Notes: generated by a model from the letters alone, not told the origin. DNA of 64,000 nucleotides from an uncultured cyanobacterium (GCA_963697335.1 CAVONQ010000018.1:448001-512000); one strand, 5' to 3'; counted from the stretch's first letter, positions 21,750 through 31,808 are shown. Numbers and translations are program-made.

Positions 21750-22819
21750 ACTCCGCTGGGCCCCTGGCGCTGACGCCGGAGGCGGCCCTCCGGCAGGGCT
21801 GCTGGGTCAAGTGGATCGGCGGCGCCAGCAACCACGATCTGGCCGCCATTGAGGACCTGGCCGGGCTCTACGCCCTGGCTGGAGTGCACTGCGTGGACGT
21901 GGCCGCGGACCCGGCCGTCGTGGCGGCGGCCCGGCGGGGACTCGACTGGGCCGACCGCCAGGGCGCCCGGCGCCCCTGGCTGATGCTGAGCCTCAGTGAC
22001 GGCGCCGACCCCCACTTCCGCAAGGCCTGGTTCGATCCCAGCGCCTGCCCGGCTGACTGCCCCCGCCCTTGCGAGCGGATCTGCCCGGCCCTGGCCATCG
22101 GCGAGGCGGCGACCGGTGCCGCCGGGGTGCTGGACGCCCGCTGCTACGGCTGCGGCCGCTGCCTGCCGGCCTGCCCCCATGGTCTGATCGAAGAGCGCAG
22201 CAGGGTGCTGGAGGCCACTGCGGTGGCGCCCCTGCTGCGGCAACTGGCGCCTGATGCCGTGGAACTCCACACCCAGCCGGGGCGTCTGCAGGGCTTCCAG
22301 GAGAGGCTGGAGCAGCTGAGGGCCTGTGGCGTGCCGCTGCGGCGGCTGGCGGTGAGTGCAGCTGGCGACCTCACCTCCCAGGAGCTGTGGCAGCGCTACG
22401 GGGCCCTGCGCTCCTGCGGCTTTGCGCCCCTCTGGCAACTCGATGGCCGGCCGATGAGCGGTGATCTGGGCCTGGGCACGGCCCATGCCGCTGTGGCCTT
22501 GCTGCGGCGCTGGCAGGGCCAGCTGCCCCCCGGCCCCCTGCAGCTGGCCGGCGGCACCAACGGTGCCACCCTGCCCCTGCTGGAGCGGCAGCCGGCCCTG
22601 GCCCGCACCTGTGCCGGCGTGGCCTTCGGCGGCGTGGCCAGGCGGCTGCTCCAGCCGCTGCTGCAGGAGGCCCAGCGGCGGGGTCGTTCGTTGCTGGCCC
22701 TGCCGGAACTCCTGCCCGAAGCGCTTCAGCTGGCCCGCTCACTGGTGCTGCCCTGGCTAGAACGAGCGGATCCAGAGCCCTGCCCTGAGCCATTGCGGTG
22801 CCTTTCTCCGAGCCCCTGA
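21713..22819 (+). CDS. ldpA: Light-dependent period protein LdpA (4Fe-4S ferredoxin-type)
   Basis: [62 protein letters not shown]; start uncertain (TTG 21713 or CTG 21746). Confidence 0.88.
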   Translation: MAAPGAAVGSGLNSAGPLALTPEAALRQGCWVKWIGGASNHDLAAIEDLAGLYALAGVHCVDVAADPAVVAAARRGLDWADRQGARRPWLMLSLSDGADPHFRKAWFDPSACPADCPRPCERICPALAIGEAATGAAGVLDARCYGCGRCLPACPHGLIEERSRVLEATAVAPLLRQLAPDAVELHTQPGRLQGFQERLEQLRACGVPLRRLAVSAAGDLTSQELWQRYGALRSCGFAPLWQLDGRPMSGDLGLGTAHAAVALLRRWQGQLPPGPLQLAGGTNGATLPLLERQPALARTCAGVAFGGVARRLLQPLLQEAQRRGRSLLALPELLPEALQLARSLVLPWLERADPEPCPEPLRCLSPSP

Positions 22820-24486
22820 CGCCTGCCGCCGGTGGTGGGCCGCCGCCGCCGTCCCCCCCGCTCAGCCAGCGGGTCACCGATGACCTCGACCGGATGCTGG
22901 CCGTGCTGCCGGGCCCGGTGCAGCGGGCCCTGGCCAGCGAGGAGCGGCGCCAGCAGCTGCTCGAGGTGGTGCTCGACCTGGGTCGCGTGCCGGAAGCCCG
23001 CTACCCGGGGCGGGCCATGGCGCTCGGAGCGCAGCCGGTGCGGAGCGCCGACCTGGAGGCGGTGGTGCGTCAGTTGGGAGCCTTCGGCAGCGACAACCGG
23101 GCCGGCATCGCCTCCACGCTGCACCGCATCAGTGCCATCCGCAACCGCACCGGCACCATCGTGGGCCTCACCTGCCGGGTGGGTCGCGCCGTGTTCGGCA
23201 CGGTGGTGATGGTGCGCGATCTGCTCGATTCAGGCCAGTCGCTGCTGCTGATGGGGCGCCCAGGGGTCGGCAAGACCACCGCCCTGCGGGAGATCGCCCG
23301 GGTGCTGGCGGATGACCTCTGCAAGCGGGTCGTGGTGATCGACACCAGCAACGAGATCGCCGGCGACGGCGACATCCCCCATCCGGCCATCGGCCGGGCC
23401 CGGCGCATGCAGGTGGCCCGCCCCGAGCTGCAACACGAAGTGATGATCGAGGCGGTGGAAAACCACATGCCCGAAGTGATCGTGATCGATGAGATCGGCA
23501 CGGAGCGGGAGGCCCAGGCTGCACGCACCATCGCCGAGCGGGGCGTGATGCTGGTGGCCACGGCCCATGGCAATGAGCTCTCCAACCTGATCAAGAACCC
23601 CACCCTCAGCGACCTGGTGGGCGGGATCCAGTCGGTGACCCTCGGAGACGAGGAGGCGCGGCGGCGCCGCACCCAGAAGACGGTGCTGGAACGGGCCGCT
23701 GAGCCCACCTTCCCCCTGGCGGTGGAGATGCACAGCCGCCACCGCTGGCTGATCCACAGCGAGGTGGCCAGCACGGTGGACCTGCTGCTGCGGGGCCAGG
23801 TGGCCCGGCCCCAGGTGCGGGAACTGGGCCCCGATGGGCGGCTCCAGCTCCGGGATCCGCCGCTGGCGACGCGCAGCCCGATCGCCCCGGCGGCGCCCCG
23901 TCTGAGCCAGCGCCCCCTGCCGCCCCTGGACCCCCTGCCAGCCCCCGTCGGCCCCGAGCAGCAGCCCCTGGAGGCCGAGGTGGGCCCGGCCGGCCAGGCC
24001 CCGCTGCGGGTCTACGGCGCCGGGGTCAGCCGCAGCCTGATTGAGCAGGTGGTGCGGGCCCGACAGTTGCCCGTGGAGGTGGTGGGCAGCGTGGAGCTGG
24101 CCGATGTGGTGCTCAGCGCCCGCCAGCAGCTCGGCCGTGATCCCCACGTGCGTCGGCAGGCCCAGGACCTGGGACTCCCGATCCTGGTGATCAAGAGCGC
24201 CGCCCTGCCCCAGCTGCAGCGCGCCCTGGAGCGGCTGCTGGCCCGCCGCCGCCCAGCCGAGGAGCCGGCCCTGGACACCGCCGCCGCCGACGATGCCCAC
24301 GCGGCCCTGGAAGAGTGCCGGCTGGCCCTGGAACAGGTGGTGCTGGCCAGGGGCCAGCCAGTGGAGCTGCTGCCGCGCAGTGGGCGCGTGCGCCAGCTGC
24401 AGAGCGAGTTGGCAGGCCGCTACCGGGTGCGCTCAGCGGTGTTCGGCCACGCTGGCGACCAGCGGCTGCGGCTGTTCCCGGCCTGA
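22798..24486 (+). CDS. Ycf45/SpoIIIAA-family AAA ATPase with C-terminal R3H-like domain
   Basis: DLGRVPEAR, DNRAGI..TLHRISAIRNR, GRPGVGKTT, IDTSNEIAGDGD, IDEIG. Confidence 0.9.
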   Translation: MPFSEPLTPAAGGGPPPPSPPLSQRVTDDLDRMLAVLPGPVQRALASEERRQQLLEVVLDLGRVPEARYPGRAMALGAQPVRSADLEAVVRQLGAFGSDNRAGIASTLHRISAIRNRTGTIVGLTCRVGRAVFGTVVMVRDLLDSGQSLLLMGRPGVGKTTALREIARVLADDLCKRVVVIDTSNEIAGDGDIPHPAIGRARRMQVARPELQHEVMIEAVENHMPEVIVIDEIGTEREAQAARTIAERGVMLVATAHGNELSNLIKNPTLSDLVGGIQSVTLGDEEARRRRTQKTVLERAAEPTFPLAVEMHSRHRWLIHSEVASTVDLLLRGQVARPQVRELGPDGRLQLRDPPLATRSPIAPAAPRLSQRPLPPLDPLPAPVGPEQQPLEAEVGPAGQAPLRVYGAGVSRSLIEQVVRARQLPVEVVGSVELADVVLSARQQLGRDPHVRRQAQDLGLPILVIKSAALPQLQRALERLLARRRPAEEPALDTAAADDAHAALEECRLALEQVVLARGQPVELLPRSGRVRQLQSELAGRYRVRSAVFGHAGDQRLRLFPA

Positions 24487-24698
24487 TGCCCCGGAACGTT
24501 CGGTGCCCAGGCGTTGACGAAGGACCGGGCGTTGTGGGTAACTAGCTAGGCCCTGGTGAATCTGGGGCACCGGTCGCCTGGAGTTCTCTCCTGGATGGCC
24601 TTGCTCTCCTGGGTGCTTGCTTGCAGAACGTCCTGTCCCTGGGGAGTCTCCCTCGGCGGCCGGCCCATTCAGCAACAAGCCAGTCCAGCAACCGGTAT

Positions 24699-24770
24699 TG
24701 GGCCGTCGCCAAGTGGTAAGGCAGCGGGTTTTGGTCCCGCCATTCCTAGGTTCGAATCCTAGCGGCCCAG
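24699..24770 (+). tRNA. tRNA-Gln(TTG)
   Basis: TGGGCCG/CGGCCCA acceptor stem, GCGGG-TT-TTG-GT-CCCGC anticodon arm, GGTTCGAATCC. Confidence 0.97.
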
Positions 24771-24790
24771 TTTCAACTTCCCCCCCAGCC

Positions 24791-24858
24791 AAGGCCTCCC
24801 ACCGAGCAAGGCCTCCAACCGAGCGAGGCTTCCCCCCGCGCAAGGCCTTCAACCAGCC
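24791..24858. repeat. Four degenerate 17-bp tandem repeats downstream of tRNA-Gln
   Basis: aaggcctcccaccgagc / aaggcctccaaccgagc / gaggcttccccccgcgc / aaggccttcaaccagcc. Confidence 0.75.
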
Positions 24859-24910
24859 TGCCGGCACGCCTGAATCCAGGTCTCGGCAAGCCCTGCTTGA
24901 GTAAGCCCCC

Positions 24911-25660
24911 ATGGTCGGCTCTCCCCTGCTGGTGTTCGACTTCGACGGCGTCCTTGTCGATGGGATGGCCGAGTACTGGTGGGCGGCCAGCAGCGCTGCC
25001 GAGCGCCTGCTGCCCGGCCTGGCCTGGCCGCCGCATCCCGCCGCGGCCTTCGCGCGGCTGCGCCCCCTGATTCACAAGGGCTGGGAGATGGTGCTGATGG
25101 CCGCCGAGCTGTCGCGCCCGGACCTCGACCTCCAGGGGCTCGTGGCTGGCTACAGGGAGGCTGTGCCCCAGGCCCTGGCCCGTTGGGGCTGGAGCGAAGC
25201 CCAGCTTCAGGGAGTGCTGGAGCAGGTGCGGACTGAGGCGATCGCCGCCGACCCCGCAGCCTGGCTGGCCCTGCATCGGTTTTACCCCAACGTGGTGGAG
25301 CGTCTGCGGCAGCTGGAAGGGGAGGGCAGTTCCTGGGCCGTGCTCACCACAAAGGGAGCCGCCTTCGCCGGCGAGATCCTGCGCGGCGCGGGGCTGGAGC
25401 CCCGGGCGCTCTACGGCCATGACCAGGGCAGCAAGCCCGAGGTGCTGCGCCGCTTGCAGATTGACCACCCCCAGCTCTGGTTCATCGAAGACCGCCGCCC
25501 CACCCTGGAGCTGGTGGCCGCTGACCCGGAGCTGGTGGCGGTGCGCTGTTTTCTGGTCAGCTGGGGCTACCTGGGGCCCCGCGATGGCCTGGAGCTGCCG
25601 GCCCGGCTCCACTGGCTCACACCGGAGCGGTTCGCGGCCCCCCTGGCAACCTGGCCCTGA
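24911..25660 (+). CDS. HAD-family hydrolase
   Basis: FDFDGVLVD motif I, LTTK, K, FIEDR, WGY. Confidence 0.88.
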   Translation: MVGSPLLVFDFDGVLVDGMAEYWWAASSAAERLLPGLAWPPHPAAAFARLRPLIHKGWEMVLMAAELSRPDLDLQGLVAGYREAVPQALARWGWSEAQLQGVLEQVRTEAIAADPAAWLALHRFYPNVVERLRQLEGEGSSWAVLTTKGAAFAGEILRGAGLEPRALYGHDQGSKPEVLRRLQIDHPQLWFIEDRRPTLELVAADPELVAVRCFLVSWGYLGPRDGLELPARLHWLTPERFAAPLATWP

Positions 25661-25668
25661 GCCGTTAG

Positions 25669-25682
25669 AGTACGTTCGTACT
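25669..25682. promoter_or_regulatory. Cyanobacterial LexA (SOS) box upstream of recA
   Basis: Palindrome AGTAC-gttc-GTACT about 95 bp upstream of the recA ATG; matches the cyanobacterial RGTAC-N3-DGTWCB consensus. Confidence 0.85.
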
Positions 25683-25776
25683 AGGCTCGATTGAGACGCC
25701 GGCCTTCGCGGGTGGTACTGACAATCCAGTGGCCGCAGGATGGATCTGTGGCCCGTTCCATCGTTGATCCGATTCC

Positions 25777-26970
25777 ATGCCTGTCGATTCCAAGGCCGCT
25801 TCCTACGTCTCTGCCACCGCCTCCTCGGGTGGTCCTGCTTCCCCCGCCGATGTCCGGGCCGCCGCCGAGCGGGACAAGGCGCTCGGCCTGGTGCTCAACC
25901 AGATCGAGCGGAATTTCGGCAAGGGTTCGATCATGCGGCTGGGGGACGCCTCCCGCATGCGGGTGGAGACCGTCTCCACCGGGGCCCTGACCCTCGATCT
26001 GGCCCTTGGCGGCGGCTACCCCAAGGGCCGGGTGGTGGAGGTGTACGGGCCGGAGAGCTCCGGCAAGACCACCCTGACCCTCCATGCGATCGCCGAGGTG
26101 CAGAAGCGGGGAGGCGTGGCCGCCTTCGTGGATGCGGAGCACGCCCTTGATCCGGTCTACGCGGCTGCGCTTGGCGTCGACATCGAGAACCTGCTGGTGT
26201 CGCAGCCGGACACCGGCGAGATGGCCCTGGAGATCGTCGACCAGCTGGTGCGCTCCGCCGCCGTGGACATCGTGGTGGTCGATTCCGTGGCGGCCCTCAC
26301 CCCCCGGGCTGAGATTGAGGGCGAGATGGGTGATCTGGCCGTGGGCAGCCAGGCCCGGCTGATGAGCCAGGCGATGCGCAAGATCACCGGCAACATCGGC
26401 AAGTCCGGCTGCACGGTGATCTTCCTGAACCAGCTGCGCCAGAAGATCGGCGTCACCTATGGCAGCCCGGAGACCACCACCGGCGGCAATGCCCTCAAGT
26501 TCTATGCCTCGGTGCGTCTCGACATCCGCCGCATCCAGACCCTCAAGCGCGGCACCGAGGAGTACGGCATCCGGGCCAAGGTGAAGGTGGCCAAAAACAA
26601 GGTGGCCCCTCCATTCCGGATTGCCGAGTTCGACATCCTCTTCGGCCGCGGCATCAGCACCCTGGGCTGCCTGCTGGACCTGGCCGAGGAAACCGCCGTG
26701 GTGATCCGCAAGGGCGCCTGGTACAGCTACGAGGGCGACAACATCGGCCAAGGCCGTGACAACACGATCGCCTGGCTGGAGCAGAACCCCGACAAGGCCG
26801 TGGAGATCGAACAGCGCACCCGTCAGAAGCTCAAGGAAGGCTCGGAGGTGATGGCCAACTCGCTCAAGCCCCTGGCTGCCGCCGCTAAAGCAGCTGCTGT
26901 GGCTCAGCCCATGGGGCCTGATGCTGGGTCGCCGACTCCTGCAGCGGGGGAGCTGCCGGTGGCCGGATGA
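25777..26970 (+). CDS. recA: Recombinase RecA
   Basis: [42 protein letters not shown]. Confidence 0.99.
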   Translation: MPVDSKAASYVSATASSGGPASPADVRAAAERDKALGLVLNQIERNFGKGSIMRLGDASRMRVETVSTGALTLDLALGGGYPKGRVVEVYGPESSGKTTLTLHAIAEVQKRGGVAAFVDAEHALDPVYAAALGVDIENLLVSQPDTGEMALEIVDQLVRSAAVDIVVVDSVAALTPRAEIEGEMGDLAVGSQARLMSQAMRKITGNIGKSGCTVIFLNQLRQKIGVTYGSPETTTGGNALKFYASVRLDIRRIQTLKRGTEEYGIRAKVKVAKNKVAPPFRIAEFDILFGRGISTLGCLLDLAEETAVVIRKGAWYSYEGDNIGQGRDNTIAWLEQNPDKAVEIEQRTRQKLKEGSEVMANSLKPLAAAAKAAAVAQPMGPDAGSPTPAAGELPVAG

Positions 26971-26984
26971 CGGAGGGGCTTAGG

Positions 26985-27018
26985 GGAGTCAGGGCCTGAG
27001 GCCCAAGCCCCTGACTCC
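26985..27018. terminator. Hairpin between convergent recA and DUF1815 genes
   Basis: 10-bp stem GGAGTCAGGG/CCCTGACTCC; no clear U-tract. Confidence 0.45.
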
Positions 27019-27029
27019 GAGAGGACGGT

Positions 27030-27398
27030 TCAGGTGAGAGCCGGCGGCTCGCCCTGGTGAGCGCTGGCCAGCAGAGCCGCTTCGCTGGCGGGGCCGTTCT
27101 GCAGCATCTGGGCGACCCGCTGCAGTTCCTGGATGGCCTCGGCGCCCTCCAGCTTGACCAGTTCATGGCCGTTGCGGGACTCGATCCAGCTGATGCCGAA
27201 ATCGGATACCAGGAATCGCACCATGTGGTTGGCGCCGAGGTTGGCGACGAAGGAAGCGCCATGGCCGTCGCGGCCGTCCCCGCAGCTGTAGCAGGTGGCG
27301 GCCATGCCGCGGCTCTGCAGGCTGGAAGCCAGGGCCTGCAGGCTCATCACCAGATCTTGAACAACGGAGCGGTACTGCTCCGCGAGCCGGGGAAACAT
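27030..27398 (-). CDS. Conserved cyanobacterial protein (DUF1815-like)
   Basis: MF.RLA.QYR.VVQDLVMSLQALA...CYSC...RFLVSDFGISW.E.RNG.ELVKLEGAEAIQEL. Confidence 0.8.
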   Translation of the reverse strand: MFPRLAEQYRSVVQDLVMSLQALASSLQSRGMAATCYSCGDGRDGHGASFVANLGANHMVRFLVSDFGISWIESRNGHELVKLEGAEAIQELQRVAQMLQNGPASEAALLASAHQGEPPALT

Positions 27399-27493
27399 GG
27401 CGCCAACACACTGTGGGCCAACCCTAAGCTTTTCTTTCGATTCGCGTGGGTATGAATGCTCACTTCCTGACCGTCATTGCGGCACAGGCCGTC

Positions 27494-27736
27494 TCAGCCG
27501 TCGGCCAAGGCCCACCAACCCAGGCCAGGGCCGATGAAGCGCACCGTGAGCCAGAACAGCACCAGGGCACCGATCCCCACCCAGGCGCCCCGGGTGGTGA
27601 GGGAGACGAACCGATCGGCCTGGTTGCGGGTGAAGGGCAGCCAGGAGATGAGGCGCGGCGATGTGTCGGGCGTGGCCGTGCGCTTCGGGGCCCTCGGGGG
27701 CAGTCCCTGGCTCTCGCGGCGGCGGGCCTCGCCCAT
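27494..27736 (-). CDS. Small membrane protein (DUF2839-like)
   Basis: MGEARRR...TT.GAW.GIG.L...W..VRFIGP.LGWW. Confidence 0.8.
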   Translation of the reverse strand: MGEARRRESQGLPPRAPKRTATPDTSPRLISWLPFTRNQADRFVSLTTRGAWVGIGALVLFWLTVRFIGPGLGWWALADG

Positions 27737-27784
27737 GGGTGCAGCTCCTGGAAGTTGATGCTTCCGCTCAGGCTACGGCCACTG

Positions 27785-29293
27785 CTAGTGGGGCAGAAGG
27801 CGGCTGAGATTGACCCAGGGCTCCAGGGCCCGCAGCACCTGACGCCCCCAGCTGCGCCCCCTCAGGCGGCCGTCCAGCACCGCCAGCCGCCCCCCCTGGC
27901 GACGCAACCCCACCACGGCCAGCTGTAGGCGGGTGAGGCCATCGGGCAGCAGGCGCTCGCGGAACCAGTCGCGTCCCTCCCGGCGCAGGGCCAGCACCTG
28001 GGCGGCGGTGAGGGGATCGTCGAGGCTGGCAATCGGCAGCAGCGCCACCACGATCTGGGCCGGATCGGGCATCCGGCCCTGGTGGGTCAGCCACCAGCTC
28101 CAGCGGGCACACACCACGCCGTGGCTCTCGGGCGTCGTGTGCTCGTGCACCACCCGACTGCCGAATTCGGCCGCCAGGGCGCTGGCCAGGGAGAGGCGCA
28201 GCCCCTCGTCATCGAGCAGCACCAGGGTGAGGCCCCCCTGGCCGAGCACCAGGCGGCGGCACTGCTCCAGCAGGTGCTCGCCGTAGCGCGGACTGTTGGG
28301 CAGGGGCTGGCGCAGCGGGGCATAGAGGGGCAGCGGATCGGCCAGGGGCTCCGCCCCCAGATCCACCACGACGTCGGGGTCGAGGCCCAGGGCCGGGCCC
28401 CCCGGGAGACCCGGTTGCCCCACCGTGCTGGCCAGCTCGGCCACCACCACGGCGCCCTGACCGTCCAGCAGGCCCTCCAGCACCCGCAGGGGTTCGAGCG
28501 GTTGGCGGTGCAGGCTCCATTGCAGCAGCCGCGTGGCCGGTGGCAGCCCCTCGACTGAGGGGGGCTGGTCCGCTCTGGTGGGCTCCCGCTCCGTCCAGCT
28601 CACCCAGCCGTTGCCGCCACTGGAGCGCCAGGCCGCCCAGGGCTCGGGCAGGGGATCGAGCAGTCCCAGCAGCTGGCGCAGGGGGGCCTCGTCTTCCGGG
28701 GCCAGCAGCAGCGGTCGCCTCGCCCCACCCGGATGGGCCATCACCTGCCGGCTCATGCGGCTGTACAGCTCGCCGAGGCCGGCCCGGAGGGCTGGATGGG
28801 CCCGGGCCAGCCGTTCCCAGTCCGCGGCCTCGAGACGCAGCGCCAGGCTGGCTCTCAGGCGGGCGTCGAGCTGCTCGGCCTCTGGGATCACCAGCTGACG
28901 CCCCTTCAGCCGGCCGCCGCGCCAGGCGCTCACCAGCTCGGGCACACCCAGCAGCCAAACCTTGGCGTGGCCGGGGTCACCGCCCTCGTAGCAGGGCAGG
29001 CTGAGGCCGGCCTTGCTGAGGCGGTCCAGCTCCACCTGCAGCAGGCGCTGCCTCAGGCCCTGGCTCAGCACCAGCACCACCGGGGTCTCGCCCAGGGCCA
29101 GGGGCACCAGCAGCCCCAGCAGCCAACCGGGGTCGCTGCCCGGTGTCAGGCGCACCAGGGTGCGGTCGCCTCGCCGCAGGCTACGGGCCACCAGCCGGCA
29201 GAGGCTGAGCTGGTGGGGCCAGCCCTCGTGGTCGCCAAGCCCCTCCCGCCGCAGCAACGCCTTCAGCTCGTGGTGGGCGTGGGCCTCAAGCAT
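27785..29293 (-). CDS. DinG-like helicase-fold protein with degenerate ATPase motifs
   Basis: MLEA.AH..LK.LLR...WPH.L...RLVARSLR; LAAEFGSRV; GRLAVLDGRL..RSWG. Confidence 0.75.
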   Translation of the reverse strand: MLEAHAHHELKALLRREGLGDHEGWPHQLSLCRLVARSLRRGDRTLVRLTPGSDPGWLLGLLVPLALGETPVVLVLSQGLRQRLLQVELDRLSKAGLSLPCYEGGDPGHAKVWLLGVPELVSAWRGGRLKGRQLVIPEAEQLDARLRASLALRLEAADWERLARAHPALRAGLGELYSRMSRQVMAHPGGARRPLLLAPEDEAPLRQLLGLLDPLPEPWAAWRSSGGNGWVSWTEREPTRADQPPSVEGLPPATRLLQWSLHRQPLEPLRVLEGLLDGQGAVVVAELASTVGQPGLPGGPALGLDPDVVVDLGAEPLADPLPLYAPLRQPLPNSPRYGEHLLEQCRRLVLGQGGLTLVLLDDEGLRLSLASALAAEFGSRVVHEHTTPESHGVVCARWSWWLTHQGRMPDPAQIVVALLPIASLDDPLTAAQVLALRREGRDWFRERLLPDGLTRLQLAVVGLRRQGGRLAVLDGRLRGRSWGRQVLRALEPWVNLSRLLPH

Positions 29294-29348
29294 CCGCCGT
29301 CAGCCGGGGGCCTGAATCGTACGAAGCTGGACGGGTGGCACTGCAACC

Positions 29349-30248
29349 ATGACAACAGCACCGCCGTCGGCGATCCCCCCCGAGTTTGCGATCCGCCTGC
29401 AGGGTCCTGTCGGCATCGTGGGGCTGGGCCTGATCGGCGGCTCCCTCGGCCTCGATCTGCAGGCCCTGGGCCTGGAGGTGCGGGCCCTGGTGCGGCGCCC
29501 GGCCACGGCGGAACGCGCCCGGCAGCGCCAGCTGGCCACGGCGGTGAGTGACGAGCCGGCGCTGCTGCAGGGCTGTTCCCTGGTGGTGCTGGCGCTGCCC
29601 CTCGATGGCCTGCTGGATCCGCCGCCCCAGCTGGTGCAGGCCCTGCCCCGGGGGGCGGTGATCACTGATGTGGGCTCGGTCAAGGCGCCGGTCCTGGAGC
29701 GCTGGTCGGCCCTGCATCCCCGCTTCGTGGCCAGCCACCCCATGGCCGGGACGGCGGCCGCCGGCGTGGAGGCGGGAGAACCGGGGCTGTTTCGCGGCCG
29801 GCCCTGGGTGCTGACCCCTGGGGCGGCGACCGAGCAGCAGGCGTTGGTTCAGGTCTGGGCCCTGGCCGAGGCGGTGGGAGCCCGGCCGCTCAGCTGTTCT
29901 GCGGAGGCCCATGACCGCGCTGCGGCCCTCATCTCCCATCTGCCGGTGCTGGTGAGTGCCGCCCTGCTGCAGAGTGTCGATGCTGCGGCCGGCGCCCAGG
30001 GGGGAGAGCTGCCGGATCTGGTGCGCGCCCTGGCTTCCAGCGGCTTTGCCGACACGAGCCGGGTGGGAGGGGGCAATCCGGCCTTGGGGACCCTGATGGC
30101 CCGCAGCAACCGGATCGCCCTGCAGGAGGCCCTGACGGCCTACCGGCTCAGCCTGGAGGCCCTGGAGCACCGCCTCGCCGCGTCCGACTGGGACGCCCTG
30201 CAGGCCGACCTCAGCGCTTGTCAGCGGCTGCGCCCGCAGTTTCTGTGA
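29349..30248 (+). CDS. tyrA: Prephenate/arogenate dehydrogenase
   Basis: GLGLIGGS, TDVGSVK, SHPMAG, HD.A.ALISHLP, GF.DTSRVGGG. Confidence 0.93.
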   Translation: MTTAPPSAIPPEFAIRLQGPVGIVGLGLIGGSLGLDLQALGLEVRALVRRPATAERARQRQLATAVSDEPALLQGCSLVVLALPLDGLLDPPPQLVQALPRGAVITDVGSVKAPVLERWSALHPRFVASHPMAGTAAAGVEAGEPGLFRGRPWVLTPGAATEQQALVQVWALAEAVGARPLSCSAEAHDRAAALISHLPVLVSAALLQSVDAAAGAQGGELPDLVRALASSGFADTSRVGGGNPALGTLMARSNRIALQEALTAYRLSLEALEHRLAASDWDALQADLSACQRLRPQFL

Positions 30249-31776
30249 GCTCTTGGGCAGGACTCCGCAGGCCCAGCCGGCGGCCCCGCCGCGCCAGCAA
30301 CTGGCGGCTGGCCATCAGTGCCGAGAGGCTTACGCCTGCGGTGCCCTCGCCCGGGTAGATCGCATCTCCACACAGCCACAGGCCCTCGATCGGCGTGCGG
30401 CTGGCCAGGCCGAACGGTCCGAAGTTCCCCGGCCGCTGGCCCAGTCCGCCCACGAAGCCGAAGGGACGGCCGGTCCAGCGGGCAAACCCCCGCGGTGTGG
30501 CGAGTTCGCGGTGCCGCCAGGCGGAGGGGTCCAGGCCGAGCAGCTGCTCCAGCCCCGCCTGGATGGCGGCCATGGCCCGGCTCTTGGCCACCCCGTAGGC
30601 CTGCCGGTCGAGGCTGAACCAGGGGCGGGCCGGGGTGAACACGCTGGCGATCACGGTGGCCTGCCCCTCCGGCGCCCGGCCGTCGCCGGGCTGACTCACC
30701 GACACGAACAGGGCGCCGGGATCGTCCCAGGCCAGCTGCAGGTGGCAGGGACAGTCCGCGGGCAGGGCCTGACGATCCACCGCCCCGTAGAGCACCAGGG
30801 CCCCGGAGGGATCAGCCAGCTGGTCCAGGCGGCGTCGGTAGGCCGCCCCCAGGGTGGGGGAGTCCAGCAGCTGGGGCAGGCCCTGGGGCGGGATCGCCAG
30901 CACGAGGTCGCGGGCCGTGCGTTCAAAGTCCTCCCCCTGCCGCTGGCGGCCGCAGCGCTGCCCCTGGAGCTGCCAGCCCTCGCCCTGCCGCTGCAGCCGC
31001 TCCACCCGGTGCCCCAGGCGCAGGTGCCCCCCGGCTTGGCCCAGGGCCTGCTCCAGGGCCGTGCTCAGGCTCTGCATCGAGCCCTCCAGGTGCCACAGCC
31101 CCAGGGGCTCCTGGGCGATGGCCAGCACCGTGGCCCCGTAGAGGGCGGCGGTGCGATCCGAGGGCTCCTGGGAGTAGAGCCGCAGCTGCAGATCCAGAAA
31201 GCGGCGCAGCCGCTGGTCGTCCCCGCAGCCGCACAGGGCCAGCAGGTCGGCCACGCTTGCCGCGGCGAACAGGCCGCTGGCCAGGTTGGCGGGCCGCAGG
31301 GCCCCCAGCAGCCGGCCCAGATCCCAGCCATTGCGCGGTGGCAACACAGGATCCCGGGCCGCGAAGCCCCAGTTGGCGCTGTGCAGGGCCGCGCAGAGGC
31401 GCCAGAAGGGCTCACTGCCCGGAAACTGGCTCAGCCGCTCCTGCCGCCAGCGCTGGGGGTCGCGCCACAGCCGCACCGGGGCGCTCCCGTCACCCAGGTG
31501 CACCACACAGGCTGGATCGAGGGGCCGGGCGGCGGGCAGCTCGATGCCCAGGTGCTGGAAGAGGCGGGCATGGCTGCCGCCGGGCTCCAGGCCGGCCACC
31601 TGGGTGGCCCCCACATCGAACACGTAGGGCCCGCGCCGGAAGGTGCCGGCGCAGCCACCGCACTGGTTGTGGGCTTCCAGCAGCTCCACCTCCAGTCCCG
31701 CATCGGCCAGCAGCGCCGCAGCCGTGAGTCCGGCAATGCCGGCCCCCACCACCGCCACGTCGAGCACCTCTGCCAT
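30211..31776 (-). CDS. crtD: Carotenoid C-3',4' desaturase
   Basis: GAGIAGL FAD motif, FDVGATQVAGLEPGG, FLDLQL.LYSQ, GDAIYPGEGTAGV. Confidence 0.85.
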   Translation of the reverse strand: MAEVLDVAVVGAGIAGLTAAALLADAGLEVELLEAHNQCGGCAGTFRRGPYVFDVGATQVAGLEPGGSHARLFQHLGIELPAARPLDPACVVHLGDGSAPVRLWRDPQRWRQERLSQFPGSEPFWRLCAALHSANWGFAARDPVLPPRNGWDLGRLLGALRPANLASGLFAAASVADLLALCGCGDDQRLRRFLDLQLRLYSQEPSDRTAALYGATVLAIAQEPLGLWHLEGSMQSLSTALEQALGQAGGHLRLGHRVERLQRQGEGWQLQGQRCGRQRQGEDFERTARDLVLAIPPQGLPQLLDSPTLGAAYRRRLDQLADPSGALVLYGAVDRQALPADCPCHLQLAWDDPGALFVSVSQPGDGRAPEGQATVIASVFTPARPWFSLDRQAYGVAKSRAMAAIQAGLEQLLGLDPSAWRHRELATPRGFARWTGRPFGFVGGLGQRPGNFGPFGLASRTPIEGLWLCGDAIYPGEGTAGVSLSALMASRQLLARRGRRLGLRSPAQELTETAGAAADKR

Positions 31777-31808
31777 GGCGGCATGCTGGCAGGCAGGTCT
31801 GCGGCGCC

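Noticed and set aside
24791..24858. Repeat array as a mini-CRISPR
   Set aside because: 17-bp units are contiguous with no unique spacers, and there are no cas genes
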